Positions 45,521 to 57,550 of a stretch of DNA of 57,550 nucleotides are shown here, in pieces. The stretch comes from Nemertoderma westbladi (taxonomy: Eukaryota > Animalia > Xenacoelomorpha): NCBI GenBank assembly GCA_032718475.1, contig JAUCBJ010001862.1, forward strand, positions 1 to 57,550, read 5' to 3'. The notes under the pieces are model-generated. The model ran no database searches. It was not told where the DNA came from and saw only the letters and a list, made by a program, of their open reading frames with translations. The position numbers and the translations under genes were made by a program. How positions within the stretch are numbered: position 1 is the first letter of the stretch; every line of letters starts with the position of its first letter.

Positions 45521-46448
45521 TTAATTACTTATATATATATATATATCTGGTTTGACCACATGTTTATTTCTCCAGCAGTGCCTAATGAATCTTAATCTGC
45601 GTTCACGTAGAGTGGTTAATACAGGTGGTATGGTATTGTACCAACCTTCCTAAACCTGCATGGCAACCTAATCCCATGCACTCAAGTACTGACATTTCTA
45701 GGATGCAAAATCAACCTCTCTACCAATAAATTCCACAGCGAATGCACCCAAACCATTGCCTCTGTCGCTGAGGCATTTCATAAGCTGGGCTGGACGACAC
45801 ACTGGCTCCCACTCCCACTTTTGGCTACCTCTGACGAATAATCGGCATCCCCACAATCTTATATAAAATCAAATTCCTGGTAGGAGCCCTCACAACCAAC
45901 CAGCGATTGAAACTAGACTCCAATTATCGCAAATCCTTAATTAAGAGGGCTAATGCATCTAGGGTAGGGTGGAGTGAAAAAAAAAATTTCTTTATTTTTA
46001 AGGGAAGCACTATTTTTCTTATGCCTAATCGGCCTAAACTAACTAAACTATGCAAATATATAATGTCAAATAGGTTGGAAAAAAACACAAAATGTGAAAT
46101 TGTGATTTTCATATAACTCTACCCCAGCCTCATAGCGTTTAAAATTTTGCAAAATTTGCCTAGTTTCACCCTAAAAATACTGCAAACCTACTTCGTAGTC
46201 TCTATAGTTGAAATTGATTTACTGGGGATGGAGTTCTTCCTGAGTGAAAACCAAGTCCCCTGATATGATTACAACTATATTTCAATGCTAGAAACCCAGC
46301 TGGCTGTCTGTGAATTTGCCTTTGGATCAAATTCCCAATTATATTATAAATAGTCGGTATAGAAATAAGGATATTTCTAAATTAGGAAAACACTAGTAAA
46401 ACAGTAAAATATATGAAAAATACTGTAAAGCACCCGGAAAACAGTGAT

Positions 46449-47567
46449 TGTTCGCGCTTTCAGACCTTTAGCAGTTTAACCTGCCAATTTTAATTGTCCT
46501 TTTGATTATGAATCGACCTTGGCCCTTACCAATTACCTGGTGTACTGAAGTTACATCCGCCGAAGCCAGTCCGTGCGCGGCGTATGACCCACGGTGTGGG
46601 AGACTGGATTCGGGTTCCCTAGGAAGTTATTGCGGTGTAGGCTACTTTGTATTATTCGATTGATCGCTACTATATAATCTCTGACAACTATATTTACTTT
46701 CGGGGAAATATTAACAGTTCCTTTGGGACGTGGCGCTTTAAGTATAAAAACAGAGTTATGACTTACACTAATCACAACTAGATGGCCACAGAGTTTCGTA
46801 AATAGCGCATTCTTTAGGAGATGCTTTATTAACCTTCACACGACTTCACACGGATTCACACTACATCACACTAATTTACACTAATTCACACTAATTTGCC
46901 GACCGTCACTGATTTTGATCATATATAAGGAGGATTGCAACTGACACACGTAGGGATTATGAAATAGCATTTAATTCACACAAAAACCACTATAATTTGA
47001 GTCACAGTTGTTACCGGTAAACTCTTCCTCCGCTTACCTCAGTAATCAAGAAGATTGAGGAGGTTTACGATTATTTATCGGTATTCTCCCCATATAACAT
47101 CCATTAATATAAACAGCAATTAACACAATATAAAACAGCATTAAAACAGTATGGTGAACAGTCAGTATGTGTTCAATCATATGAGTTGTTAAGTCGGTAA
47201 AATGTTTGAAATGTTAATAGATTTACGTTCTTATAACTAAGGCCATCAGATGTTCTTGGGCCAAAGTCTGAAACGACCGTACGTACTTAGTACAGAATTC
47301 TGAGAGGAATCTAATTCTCAGAAAAACGATAACTAAATGCGCATGCGCTAGTTTCCTCAGGTAGGTCTCTACTGGCATAACTAGGAAGATTGCTCTGATT
47401 GGCTGAATAAGCTTGAACAAAGAGATCTCAACGTACACAAAGAATCAGCATTTCGTCATCTTGGTTCTAATTTCTGTCCGACGCGTAGTTGAACTATTTT
47501 AGGGCTATTTTAGAGTATTCTGCACATTGCGTAAAAATGACTTGTTATGTCCGCAAAAGCTTTTACA
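46449..47567 (-). repeat. candidate LTR of a truncated element
   Basis: on the minus strand a purine-rich GGGAGCGG is followed by TGTAAAAG...GCGCGAACA; no second copy in the window. Confidence 0.3.
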
Positions 47568-47839
47568 CCGCTCCCAGAAAATGGGATTTAAGTCTATAAA
47601 ATATAAAAAATCACAGTTTCTAAAATAGAAAAATACTCTAAACTATTAGTCCTAAACTTTCGTAAACGGCGTTTACGAAGACTTAGTTTTTTAGACTAGT
47701 AAGAGTCTTTTTCTCTTTGGGGCGAGCCACTTTACTAGGAGGGCTATAGCTCCTGGGGGAAGGGTGCAATACGATTGCATCAGAAGGTTTTGGATTATGG
47801 TCGGTGTATCCGCCGGTCGAGGTACCCGGTTGATAGATA

Positions 47840-49052
47840 TCAACATTGGTGGAACGAGGGCGAACGAGGGCGAACAACCTTTAGAGCTCGTTTCAGGACG
47901 GCGGCACTTACCGGTCCTTGATGGGTCGTTTGTACGACAGCGGTAGGTTGACCGTGTGTAGTGAGAAATTTCCTCGGTTTGATTGTTCTCTCTAATTCGT
48001 GTTCCCTGGCTTTATATTCATATGGTCGTCTATGAACTTCTTGTAACTCAGGATGCGAGTTTATGAACAAGTCGCCGTATTCCTGATCTTGGCGGATGAA
48101 GTTGATCAAGTTATAGGAATTCAGATTATTGGGATTAATATTCCTAAGATACTTGCGAACATATTTAGTTGAAATATTCTCGTCAACACGCTTCATCAGT
48201 TCGTAACTGGGAATGCGAGATTTTTGTTCGACGGATGCAATGAATGAAATGCATAGACTCCTTCATATGCACGTCCTGGATAGTATCGGTGATGTGATTC
48301 GCAATGGAGATCCGCGTTAGCTTCCCAGCTCTGATGTAACACAGGGTAACTATTTCGTCTACGCTCTCAAGATCTCGGTTGAAAGGGCAATCGAAACTTG
48401 CGTGTCCTTTGAACTGACAATGGTGACATTGAGTCATAAATTGAGGACAGACGGCGAAGATGTGTAGATTGTTGAGTCTACAATATGCACAATAAATCTC
48501 CATAATAGGTTGATCTTTAAAGTAGAAGCAGGGTTCGCTGGAGTCCACCGGGGTAAAGTGGTCCCGTGATGCACATAATCGGCAACGTTTTCTAGAAATG
48601 TAATTGGCATGCCGATAATCATATGCCGTGAGACATTGTGGACCCTGATACCATTCTAACACATAATCATTGTCGCTACTCCTGGGCGCTGTGGGTTGAA
48701 TTTCTTCGGATTCCAAGCAAATTGGTTCTTCTTCCACTTGCATAGCTGAGATAGGTGCAGCTGTTTCCTCAAGTGAACCCACTGTTTGAACTTCCACAAT
48801 AGAATAACCTGTGGGAATTCGGAGTCTTTTTTTGACAGATGAATGTAGGTTCTGTATACAAACGTCCTTAAAAATGGCAAATCCAGTGCTGTCCAACTTC
48901 TCAGCAGCTGAGTCTCTTAAGCTGAGCTTGGTCAAAGCGCGGTCCTTGAACTGACTATCAACGTTGAGGAACGGAGTCAGAAAGCGCCTAAAGCATTCGA
49001 ATCGGATGAATTTATTATATTCATCTAACTTGGCGAGTTTGGTTCCAAGCAC
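47840..49052 (-). pseudogene. 5'-truncated, frameshifted ORF with zinc knuckles similar to BEL ORF2
   Basis: YCAYCRLNNLHIFAVCPQFMTQCHHCQFKGHASFDC aligns with YCPYCATSGHDVSVCPILYNLCTTCGFRGHSSSPRC. Confidence 0.6.
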
Positions 49053-50086
49053 TGTCTGGGTGACACCTTCTAATTAGGCTAATTAGACCCTAATTGACAG
49101 GTGTCATCAATTAATTAGTACAATTAAACCCTAATAGGTGTCTTACGACTCCTAATTAGGGTTTAATTGATTATCCTAATTAATCAATCCGATACGCAAT
49201 GGTGTCAGTGTTGTCTAACTGTACACCTGGAGGCCCAAGAGGGTGTCATAAGTGACACCGCAGCTCTTTTATTTATTAATTCTTATTTATTTGTATTTAA
49301 TTTTAATTAATTATTTGTATTTAATTTTACTTTATTTATTTGTATTTAATTTTAATTTATTTAATTGTATTTATTTTTACTTTATTTATTTGTATTTAAT
49401 TTTAGATTTACCAATAATTAGTTTTATATATTGGTTTCTAAATGACCTCCATGACTTTCATCTCGTTGTACTTAGCCATAGGGTATACAGCTCCCTTACT
49501 GGTAACAAATTACTCTTATCTATATCCAGACAGCTTTATCGTTGACCTCTGACCCCCAATTAGCTTTAACCAAGCAACAGCTTATTAATAATAGTTTTGT
49601 CCAAGCGCCCCGCCCCCCCTCTCGTGACACCTCTGATTACTAATTACTCTTACCTATATTCAGCCGTCTGCAGTTCCATAGTCTGCCGCTAGAGGGCGTA
49701 TGATCTGAAAAATAACATCTTCTCTAACTTTGTTATTTTCATTCCGAATAGGTTTAAACTCGATAGGCATCTACTATGGCATAGGCCATATCTTTTGCGG
49801 AGACATAGAGTAGTCTGAAGTTCCCCTGTCTGCCGCTAGAGGGCGTATTGTTTGAAAATTAACATCTTCTCTAGCTTTGCTATTTACAATCCGCAAAACT
49901 ATGAAGTTATATTGCTTAAGAGTTCTAAGGGGCGAGCCATGAGGCAAGATGTTTGAGGCTTATTTAGATATATTATTACTTAATTTTGACCCCCCAATAG
50001 GCATCTACTACGGCATAGGCCATATCTTTTGCGGTGTCATAGAGTAGTCTGAAGTTCCCCTGTCTGCCGCTAGAAGGCGTATTATT

Positions 50087-53000
50087 GAGACGAGATCACA
50101 AAATACGAATACAAACACAAAACAATTAAAAACTATACTTTGTTAATCAAGTATTTAGTATTTGATGTATATTAAAATGTTTTATTACTTGAAGGGGCGG
50201 TTGCTGGTTGCCTAGTAATAGGCCATTGAGGGCAGCCCTGCGCCGTCCTCCAGGCCCAGTCCGCTGCGCCAATTCACCCGGGATCCACGGAGGCAGTGGG
50301 AAGCCCCGCGGATAATGGCGAGTGGGACTCGGGTCCGGATCCAGCCCATTACCATACTGTAGGGTTTCCCCCACGCGCGATGCAGCCTTTCCGCAAAGGT
50401 CCGGAGCAGTTTGTTGGCCTGTGGAGCCACGATCCCATCGCACGAGGCGACAAACGGGGAGAAGTTGCCACGACGATCAGAAACGGCATCGGCATAGATC
50501 CGCTTCTTAGCATCCTCAGCGGACTCGAGAACACTCATTGGGGCGCGGCTTGAGTAAGACCCGGCGTCAAGGTTCATTACCTTTATATCAATCAACGCCT
50601 GGGTCTGACTCTCAAACGCGCCCCGAATCCCGATGTCGCACCGTAGCCCCGCCTTGTCCTCAATCCCCGCCTGTTCCCGGACCATGGGTTCCAACACCAC
50701 GTTGCGTGAGCCGAACGCCTGGGCCGCGATGTTCCCCACGAGGTCCCGCAGCTCATTATGCCTCTGTATTACGAGGCCGCCTTTCTTACAATTTAACCCA
50801 TGGTTAATGTCGAAGGCGGCCCCGCATCCGTCACAGCGGCTTGGAACCGATGCTAAGGGACGGCAATACCGGATGGCCAGCGCGTCCCTGAACTCCTGGG
50901 GCGAAAGATCCAGCTGGTGTTCCGATATCGGGAGGGAGGAGATCCACCCACCCGAGCGGTAGTCCGCAGCTCGTTGGATAGTCCTTCGCCGGTCTTTAGG
51001 CATCTCCTCCACCGCTTCCTTATACTGGTCTTCCTCGCGGGCCAGCTGTTCTACCCGCCCAGCCTTCCTCGCATATTGGAGGCATTCTAGATGTCCCGCC
51101 AGAGAGAATTCGTCGTCGCCCAGGATTGCCCGTGATAGGGCTCGCGTTCCACTTTGTGACACCCTGTAGGAAATGGCGGCCTCTGCGACGGGGTTGCGTA
51201 GGCCCATGCCGCCAGTGCGAGGGGACAGGGCAAACAAGCTACGTTCCTTCACTGACACATCTCCATTGAGAACGGCTGCGAGGAACTTCTCCGCGATGGC
51301 GCGCTCCAGGTCCTCAAACTCAAGGCTACAGTTAGGTGTGACACGCTGGAGATATGCCCATTCTCTTTGCAGAGAACAGGCCATCGCTGCGAATGCGGCC
51401 TGCGGCTGGGCCTCAGCCATCTCAGACAGTTTATCGACAGAAGCGACCCACGCTGCTACCTTCGCCCCTACAAACGTCTTCTGGTCGTCCGTCCCACCAA
51501 TAAACCCCCCGAGGAAGCGGTGTCCCGTTACGATGTTGATGGGGTGACCCGCGAAAACCCTGTTGGCCTCATCCAGAAAGGCTTCGTCAACTACAAGGAA
51601 GCATTTCGTAGGCTCTGGGTAGTAGCCGAGTGTGGGGCCGTGATGCTGCAGCAGGAGGAACCAGTCAAGAACATATTCTAGCTTTCCTGCTGCCGCGGAG
51701 TCATCGGCATACCAGTTCTGGCGAGTCTTGGTGCTTCGTAGACGACGAATAAGAGGGAGTGCACCCGACGCGTAGAACGGCATTGCTAATGGGTCACCCT
51801 GCGTGGCCCCTTCCTCGCTGAACAGCACCTCCTCTGTTCCGCGGACTATGAGGATGCTGTGACCCCGGTAACTGTTGAACAAGAACAGTGAACACCGGGG
51901 CCACAGTTGGCGGACGTTCCACAGAGCTGCCGTTCTGTTTAGTGCATTGAATGCATTTGATGCATCCACCAGGAGAACACCCCACCCATCATCGCGCCAA
52001 TCCTCAAATATTGCCGCCATCGAGTGGATAGCCGCCTCAGCACCCGCAGAGGTGCCAGCCGACAACTGCTCCGCTCCGCACGTGTTGGTGATGTCGTCCC
52101 CGGTCGCCTCTGCCATGGCACGGCCCATGATCCGTCGCAGGCACTCACCAATTCCTATTGGCCGAACACCAGGACATTTATCCAGGGCGATGAGCCGTCC
52201 TGACTGTAATGCGCGAATCGACTCCCACGGAACTACTGAGTTTGCAATGGAGCGGGTAATACTGGCTATTGCATCCCGGAGGCGCTCGCTATGGGCCCCA
52301 TAGCTGAGGAGGTAATCGCGCCACCTGGTAGAGTCCGATCCGGTCGGACCAGCGCCTCCATGTAGTTTACGGGCAGCGGATTCGATGTGTGACGCCGTGA
52401 TATCCACATCAACCCTGAGTGGAAAGTCTTCCTCGGGTTGTAGTAATGCCTCCGGTGGGGGTGGTGCCGCTGAGGGATGCTTAGCTCGGAGAACGTCCAA
52501 CACCCGCTGGTTACTTCCTCCTGATTGGATCTCGTCATTGGGGTCGAGGACCCCACCGGATTCTCGCCCCGTCACCCATCTGACTGCGCTTCTAACCTTT
52601 CCCTCCAGCATGAGCCGAGTGAAAATACGGATCGTGTGTTCCTTTTCCTCCCCTGGTGGTCGGCACCTCCTGGTACCCCACTTGCCAGTTGAAAACTTTA
52701 AGGAGCAGCGTTCGGCTTCCACAAGCAGTGTCTCCAGGTGTCCAGAGCGCCATAACTCGACGCGTCTGGTGAGGAGTCGGCGAATATCGGCTGCTTTAAT
52801 AACCTTGGGGTCCCTGTGGAGTAGCAATGAGTCAGCAAGGAGGATGCGCTCCGAACGAGCATTAGCAATGTTGTGCGTTAGTCCAGAGACAAAAGCACCG
52901 GCCTCATCCGAGAGGAGGGAGACAACGTCCCTGCCCACAGCACCCCCAGGCAGCCTGTATTTTGAGCCGCATAGCTGGGTCGCCCGTCTCCACTGGTGGA

Positions 53001-54825
53001 GAAGTTCGTCTGGCACTGCCCCCTTACCAACTAGAGGAGCTCCATATGCACGGTTCATCAACCCCTCCGGGTCTGAGTCGCGGTGACCCTCTGCAATGGG
53101 GTCCCAGAACGCTGCAAACGTGGAGGTGCCACCCCCGAACTGACCTGCTCCAACCCCGGACTGACCTGCTCTACCCCTGGACTGACCTGCACCAGCCCCA
53201 GACTGACCGGCTCCAGCCATCCTGGACTGACCTGCTCCAACCCCGGACTGAACAGTTCCACCCGCGGACTGACCTGCTCCAACCCCGGACTGTACTGCTC
53301 CAACCCCAGACTGAACAGCTCCAACCCCGGACTGACCTGCTCCAACCTCGGACTGGCCTACTCCAACCCCGGACTGACCTGCTCCACCCCCGGACTGACC
53401 TGCTCCGGCCCCAGACGGACCTGCTCCAACCCTGGGCTGACCGGCTACAGCCACCCCAGACTGACCTGCTCCAACCCCGGACTGAACAGCTCCACCCCCG
53501 GACTGTCCTGCTCCAGCCCCGGACTGTATTGCTCCAACCCCGGACTGACATGCTTCAACCCCGGACAGGCTGGGCTCAACACCGGACCAAACAGCTCCAA
53601 CCCAGAATTGACCTGCTCTACCCCTGGACTGAACAGCTCCACCCCCGGACTGGCCTGCTCCAACCCCAGACAGGCTGGCTTCCACCCCCAAAACCCCGGA
53701 CTGATCTGCTCCAATCCTGGATAGGCTGACATCCACCCCCGACTGACATGCTCCAACCCCGGACTGAATAGCTCCAACCCCGGACTAACCTGCTCCAACC
53801 CCGGACTGAATGGCTCCAACCCTGGACTGAAAGGCACCTGACGCTGCTGTAGGCCCCACACCTGATACAGACTGGGGGAAACACGACATGGACTGGGGGG
53901 GACACATTCCAGATTGCTGGACACACAACACAGACTGGTGGGCATCCGACACAGACTGGGGGGCGCCCAACTGGGAGGAACCCAACATAGACAGGGAGAT
54001 TCCTGACACAAACAAGGGTTCATCCGACTCAGACTGGGTGGCACTCGACATGGACTGATGGACATCAGGCACAGACAGAGGGACACACAACGTGGATTGG
54101 GCGGCACGCGACACATACTGGGGGGCACCCGACACATACTGGGGCACACCCGACACATACTGGGGCACACCCGACACATACTGGGGGCCACACGACACAT
54201 ACTGGGGGGCACCCGACACATACTGGGGGGCACCCGACACATACTGGGGGGCAACCGACACATACTGGGGGGCATCTGACACATACTGGGGGGCACCCAG
54301 CTGGCGGGAACCCGATATAGATAGGGGAGCACCCGACACGGGTATGGGGAAGCACGACATGGATTGGGGGGCAACCAATACGGGCTGGGGAGCACCTGAC
54401 TCAGACAGGGGGGAGCCGGGCACAGACTGGAAGACACCCGGTTCATATATGGGGACATCCATCACAGACTGGGGAGAGCCCGACGCGGATTCCATGAGGT
54501 AGTCAAGTTCATCCAGAGTTGAGTTTATTTGTGGTGTCTCACTTGGTGCCTGGACCCTGCCCTTTTTCGTTGTTGTAGCCTGACTCGTCCGCGGCGAGTT
54601 GGTTAGCATGTAGTCGAGTACGCCGTGGCCCACAGACCCGCTGTAACCGGGAGGCATCACGATGGGAACGGATTCTGAGGCTGTGTGAAACGGGGTCGCT
54701 GTCCTATTGGGCAGCTGAAACGGGGTCGCTGTCCTATTGGGTAGCTGAAACGACGAGCTGGGAGATGAAGCCAGGGTTATATCATGGTCTACCAGGGTCT
54801 CGTCGCCATCTTCTCCTGTTGATGC
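50087..54825 (-). mobile_element. CRE-clade non-LTR retrotransposon (RT + restriction-like endonuclease), probably 5'-truncated
   Basis: 13-bp TSD AAGGCGTATTATT (50074-50086, 54826-54838); RPIGIGE, QGDPL, YADD, CDGC..H...C, RHN, RCD...ID, KKRIY. Confidence 0.9.
50212..54825 (-). CDS. CRE polyprotein with long heptad-repeat N-terminus; one in-frame TAG at 53785-53787
   Basis: ORFs 53785-54933 and 50212-53736 share a frame; 21-bp repeats encode PQYVSGA then GQSGVGA. Confidence 0.8.
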
Positions 54826-55455
54826 AAGGCGTATTATTTGAAAATTAACATCTTCTCTAGCTTTGTTATTTACAATCCGCAAAACTATGAAGTTATATTG
54901 CTTAAGAGTTCTAAGGGGCGAGCCATGAGGCAAGATGTTTGAGGCTTATTTAGATATATTATTACTTAATTTTGACCCCCCAATAGGCATCTACTACGGC
55001 ATAGGCCATATCTTTTGCGGTGTCATAGAGTAGTCTGAAGTTCCCCTGTCTGCCGCTAGAAGGCGTATTATTTGAAAATTAACATCTTCTCTAGCTTTGT
55101 TATTTACAATCCGCAAAACTATGAAGTTATATTGCTTAAGAGTTCTAAGGGTCGAGCCATGAGGCAAGATGTTTGAGACTTATTTAGATATATTATTACT
55201 TAATTTTGACCCCCCAATCGATATCTATTACAATATGGGCTATATCTTTTGCAGAGTCACAGAGTATTCTGAAGTTCCCAGTCTGCCGCTAGAGGGCGAA
55301 ATGTCTCAAAGTGAAAACCATATGGTAGCCATGAATTGGTTACAGGCAATAATACTGCATTTTGCAACGTTAGGCCTATTGCTGACCGAACGAAAACTGC
55401 CCTGGTTCATGCAGGGATCGAACCCGTGACATACGGGTGATGTGAATTCAATTCA

Positions 55456-55760
55456 TGCCTCACTGAGGCAATGAGGCATAGACTATGGCTCACTGAGGCA
55501 GAAACTATGCCTCACTGAGGCACTGAGGCACTGATGCATAGACTATGACTCACTGAGGCATAGACTATGCCTCACTGAGGCATAGACTATGCCTTACTGA
55601 GGCACTGAGGCATAGACTATGACTCACTGAGGCATAGACTATGCCTCACTGAGGCACTGAGGCATAGACTATGCCTCACTGAGGCACTGAGGCGTAGACT
55701 ATGACTCACTGAGGCATAGACTATGCCTCACTGAGGCACTGAGGCATAGACTATGCCTCA
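55456..55760. repeat. 22/30-bp minisatellite built of palindromic sub-units
   Basis: TGCCTCACTGAGGCA and ATAGACTAT units. Confidence 0.9.
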
Positions 55761-56415
55761 TAAGGGTCTAAGGACTTCAAGCTGATCATTTGCTTAGTTT
55801 TCTAATTAGAAGATCGTGAGTTCGAACCCTAGAAGAGCATTATTATTTTTCCTAGCTCTAGGCTGAATCTAGTGTACACTAGCTTTGACTCTCCCAGCTA
55901 TAGTGATAGTATGCAAACTTGGGAGTTAATGTGCGGTCTTATGAGTAAAGGTCAAGAGATTAGACTTCAGGTTGCCTCCATTGATTCACTCTTCTTAACT
56001 TTATAAAATAACTCAACCCTTATTTAAAGTTTTAAAAATTATGACTTAGTCGACCAATTTTCCAAAGTATATTATAAAAACATATAATTTCTTGAATAAA
56101 TAGACCTAATAGTAATAAATATTGCGGGGTAAATACATTTATAATACTAATATACTTAATAATTATATTATTTATCCATATTTATTTATCCATAATAATT
56201 ATTAATTATTATGGATAAATACTCCTAATACTAATATAATTGTTTTGGATAAATAGCCCTAATACTATTATGAAAGGAACTCAAACAAACAAATGTCAAT
56301 AGCGTCGTCCTACGCGGGCATACACTGAACGAGAGTTTTTTTATCATAGGTCTTCGAAAATTAGTAAAAGCTGGTTGATTTACTTTACTTTCATCTCCTC
56401 ATTACCCAACTGTTT

Positions 56416-57276
56416 CTAAATTTTATTCAATTGTTCATTAATTTTCAGTAATTTACTTTTATTTCCCAGAACCTGTCTTAATATCTCTTCTCTATTTTCC
56501 TCATTTTCTTCCGTTTGTTTAATAAATTTCCGCATTTGATTTTTGTTTCCTAATATTTGTCTCAATATCTCTTCTTTATTTTCATCATTCTCTTCTAAAT
56601 GTTTAATAAATTTCTGTAATTTAATTTTACTTCCTAGAACTTGGGTCAATGTCGCCTCTTTATTTTCTTCATTTTCCTTCAAATGTTTAATAATTTTCCG
56701 CAATTGATTCTTATTTCCAAGTAATTGCCTTTTTATTTCCTCATTATCATCATTTTCATCCTCTTCTCCACTTTCCTGATCTTCACTTTCTTTGCCCTCT
56801 TCCCCGCCTTCACTTTCTTCATTCTCTTCCTGACCTTCGCTATCTTCACCCTCTTCTTGACCTTCACTTTCTTCATCCTCTTCCTGATCTTCCTGATCAT
56901 CACTTTCTTCGTTCTCAACTTCACTCTCTTCAACTTCATCCTGACCCTCACTATTTTCAGTCTCCATCTCATCATCCTCTTCTTCTCCATCTTTCTCACT
57001 CAAATTTTCCTCATTTTCTAGGGGTAACTGTTTTTGTATCCCTTTCAAAATATTCATAACTTTATGAAATGTATTTTCCATTGTCTGTTTTATATTTAAT
57101 ATATCACGCTCATCTCTCTTTTTCTTTTCATCTTCACTAAAAATATCTTCGGATTTTTTAAACTTTTTTTGTAATGGAGCCATTAGTTTTTCCTTTCTAT
57201 GTGTTTCCATATGACGCGATAAATTGTCTTGTCTCATTTCTTTATTACAAACCAAACAACTTTCATGTCTATGCAT
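56416..57276 (-). CDS. intronless 286-aa protein: N-terminal C2H2 finger, acidic tract, three ~28-aa C-terminal repeats
   Basis: CLVCNKEMRQDNLSRHMETH; E/D-rich tract; repeated ENEENKEEILRQILGNK-like units; intact ATG-to-stop frame. Confidence 0.6.
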   Translation of the reverse strand: MHRHESCLVCNKEMRQDNLSRHMETHRKEKLMAPLQKKFKKSEDIFSEDEKKKRDERDILNIKQTMENTFHKVMNILKGIQKQLPLENEENLSEKDGEEEDDEMETENSEGQDEVEESEVENEESDDQEDQEEDEESEGQEEGEDSEGQEENEESEGGEEGKESEDQESGEEDENDDNEEIKRQLLGNKNQLRKIIKHLKENEENKEATLTQVLGSKIKLQKFIKHLEENDENKEEILRQILGNKNQMRKFIKQTEENEENREEILRQVLGNKSKLLKINEQLNKI

Positions 57277-57550
57277 TATATAGCAATGTCAATTGATAAT
57301 ATTGAATTTTAGCTAAATGATTTTACAAAATTTTAAATAAATAAAACTTTTATGAAAATAAATAAAACTTTTTAATATAAAACTTAGAGAATGACTGGGA
57401 ATGCGTTGAACGGGGGCTATTATAGAGGGAGGCTAGAATGGATTATTCAATCCGAGTGCGAGGGTGAGTTAGGCAGCCAATCAGGACTCGAGGGAGGAAA
57501 GTTAGACAGCCAATGAGAGAGCAGATGCGAGTATAGTGGTAAAGCGCCAG

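Larger units (their letters stand above)
49681..55298. repeat. ~234-bp tandem repeat interrupted by the CRE element
   Basis: GTCTGCCGCTAGARGGCG at 49681, 49828, 50062, 55048, 55281. Confidence 0.85.

Noticed and set aside
44788-45555. 255-aa and 190-aa repeat ORFs
   Set aside because: Open frames of a 36-bp minisatellite located after the real stop codon
52962-54502. multiple overlapping plus-strand and alternative-frame ORFs
   Set aside because: Shadows of the GC-rich 21-bp repeats of the CRE ORF
54826-54933. ATG at 54933 as the CRE start codon
   Set aside because: Lies outside the TSD in the flanking 234-bp repeat; chance in-frame fusion

Overview
AT-rich metazoan (probably invertebrate) genomic DNA. 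It holds a small secreted-protein locus whose phase-1 exons encode tandem Caspr/Neurexin-IV-type fibrinogen-like domains plus one fibronectin type II exon, buried in transposable elements. Those elements include RTE, CR1/L2, CRE-clade and Penelope retroelements, tRNA SINEs, piggyBac, Tc1/mariner, MITEs and several tandem repeats. The centre is a three-level nest: a Penelope element is split by a piggyBac, which is split by a very young, intact 14.3 kb BEL/Pao LTR retrotransposon (24903-39197). This BEL element is the most unusual object here. Besides gag-pol it carries a small upstream ORF overlapping the gag start (ATGA) and an intact 866-aa non-env ORF with a DEDDy/WRN-like 3'-5' exonuclease fold and Cys/His zinc knuckles. 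It also carries arrays of repeated, covarying RNA structure modules: K-turn/UUCG hairpins in the LTRs, a GAAA hairpin shared between the LTR and both coding regions, and pseudoknots ahead of the extra ORF. A diverged relative of the extra ORF's zinc-knuckle region occurs at about 48.2-49.0 kb. All domain and structure calls were made by eye from motifs; no searches or folding programs were run.
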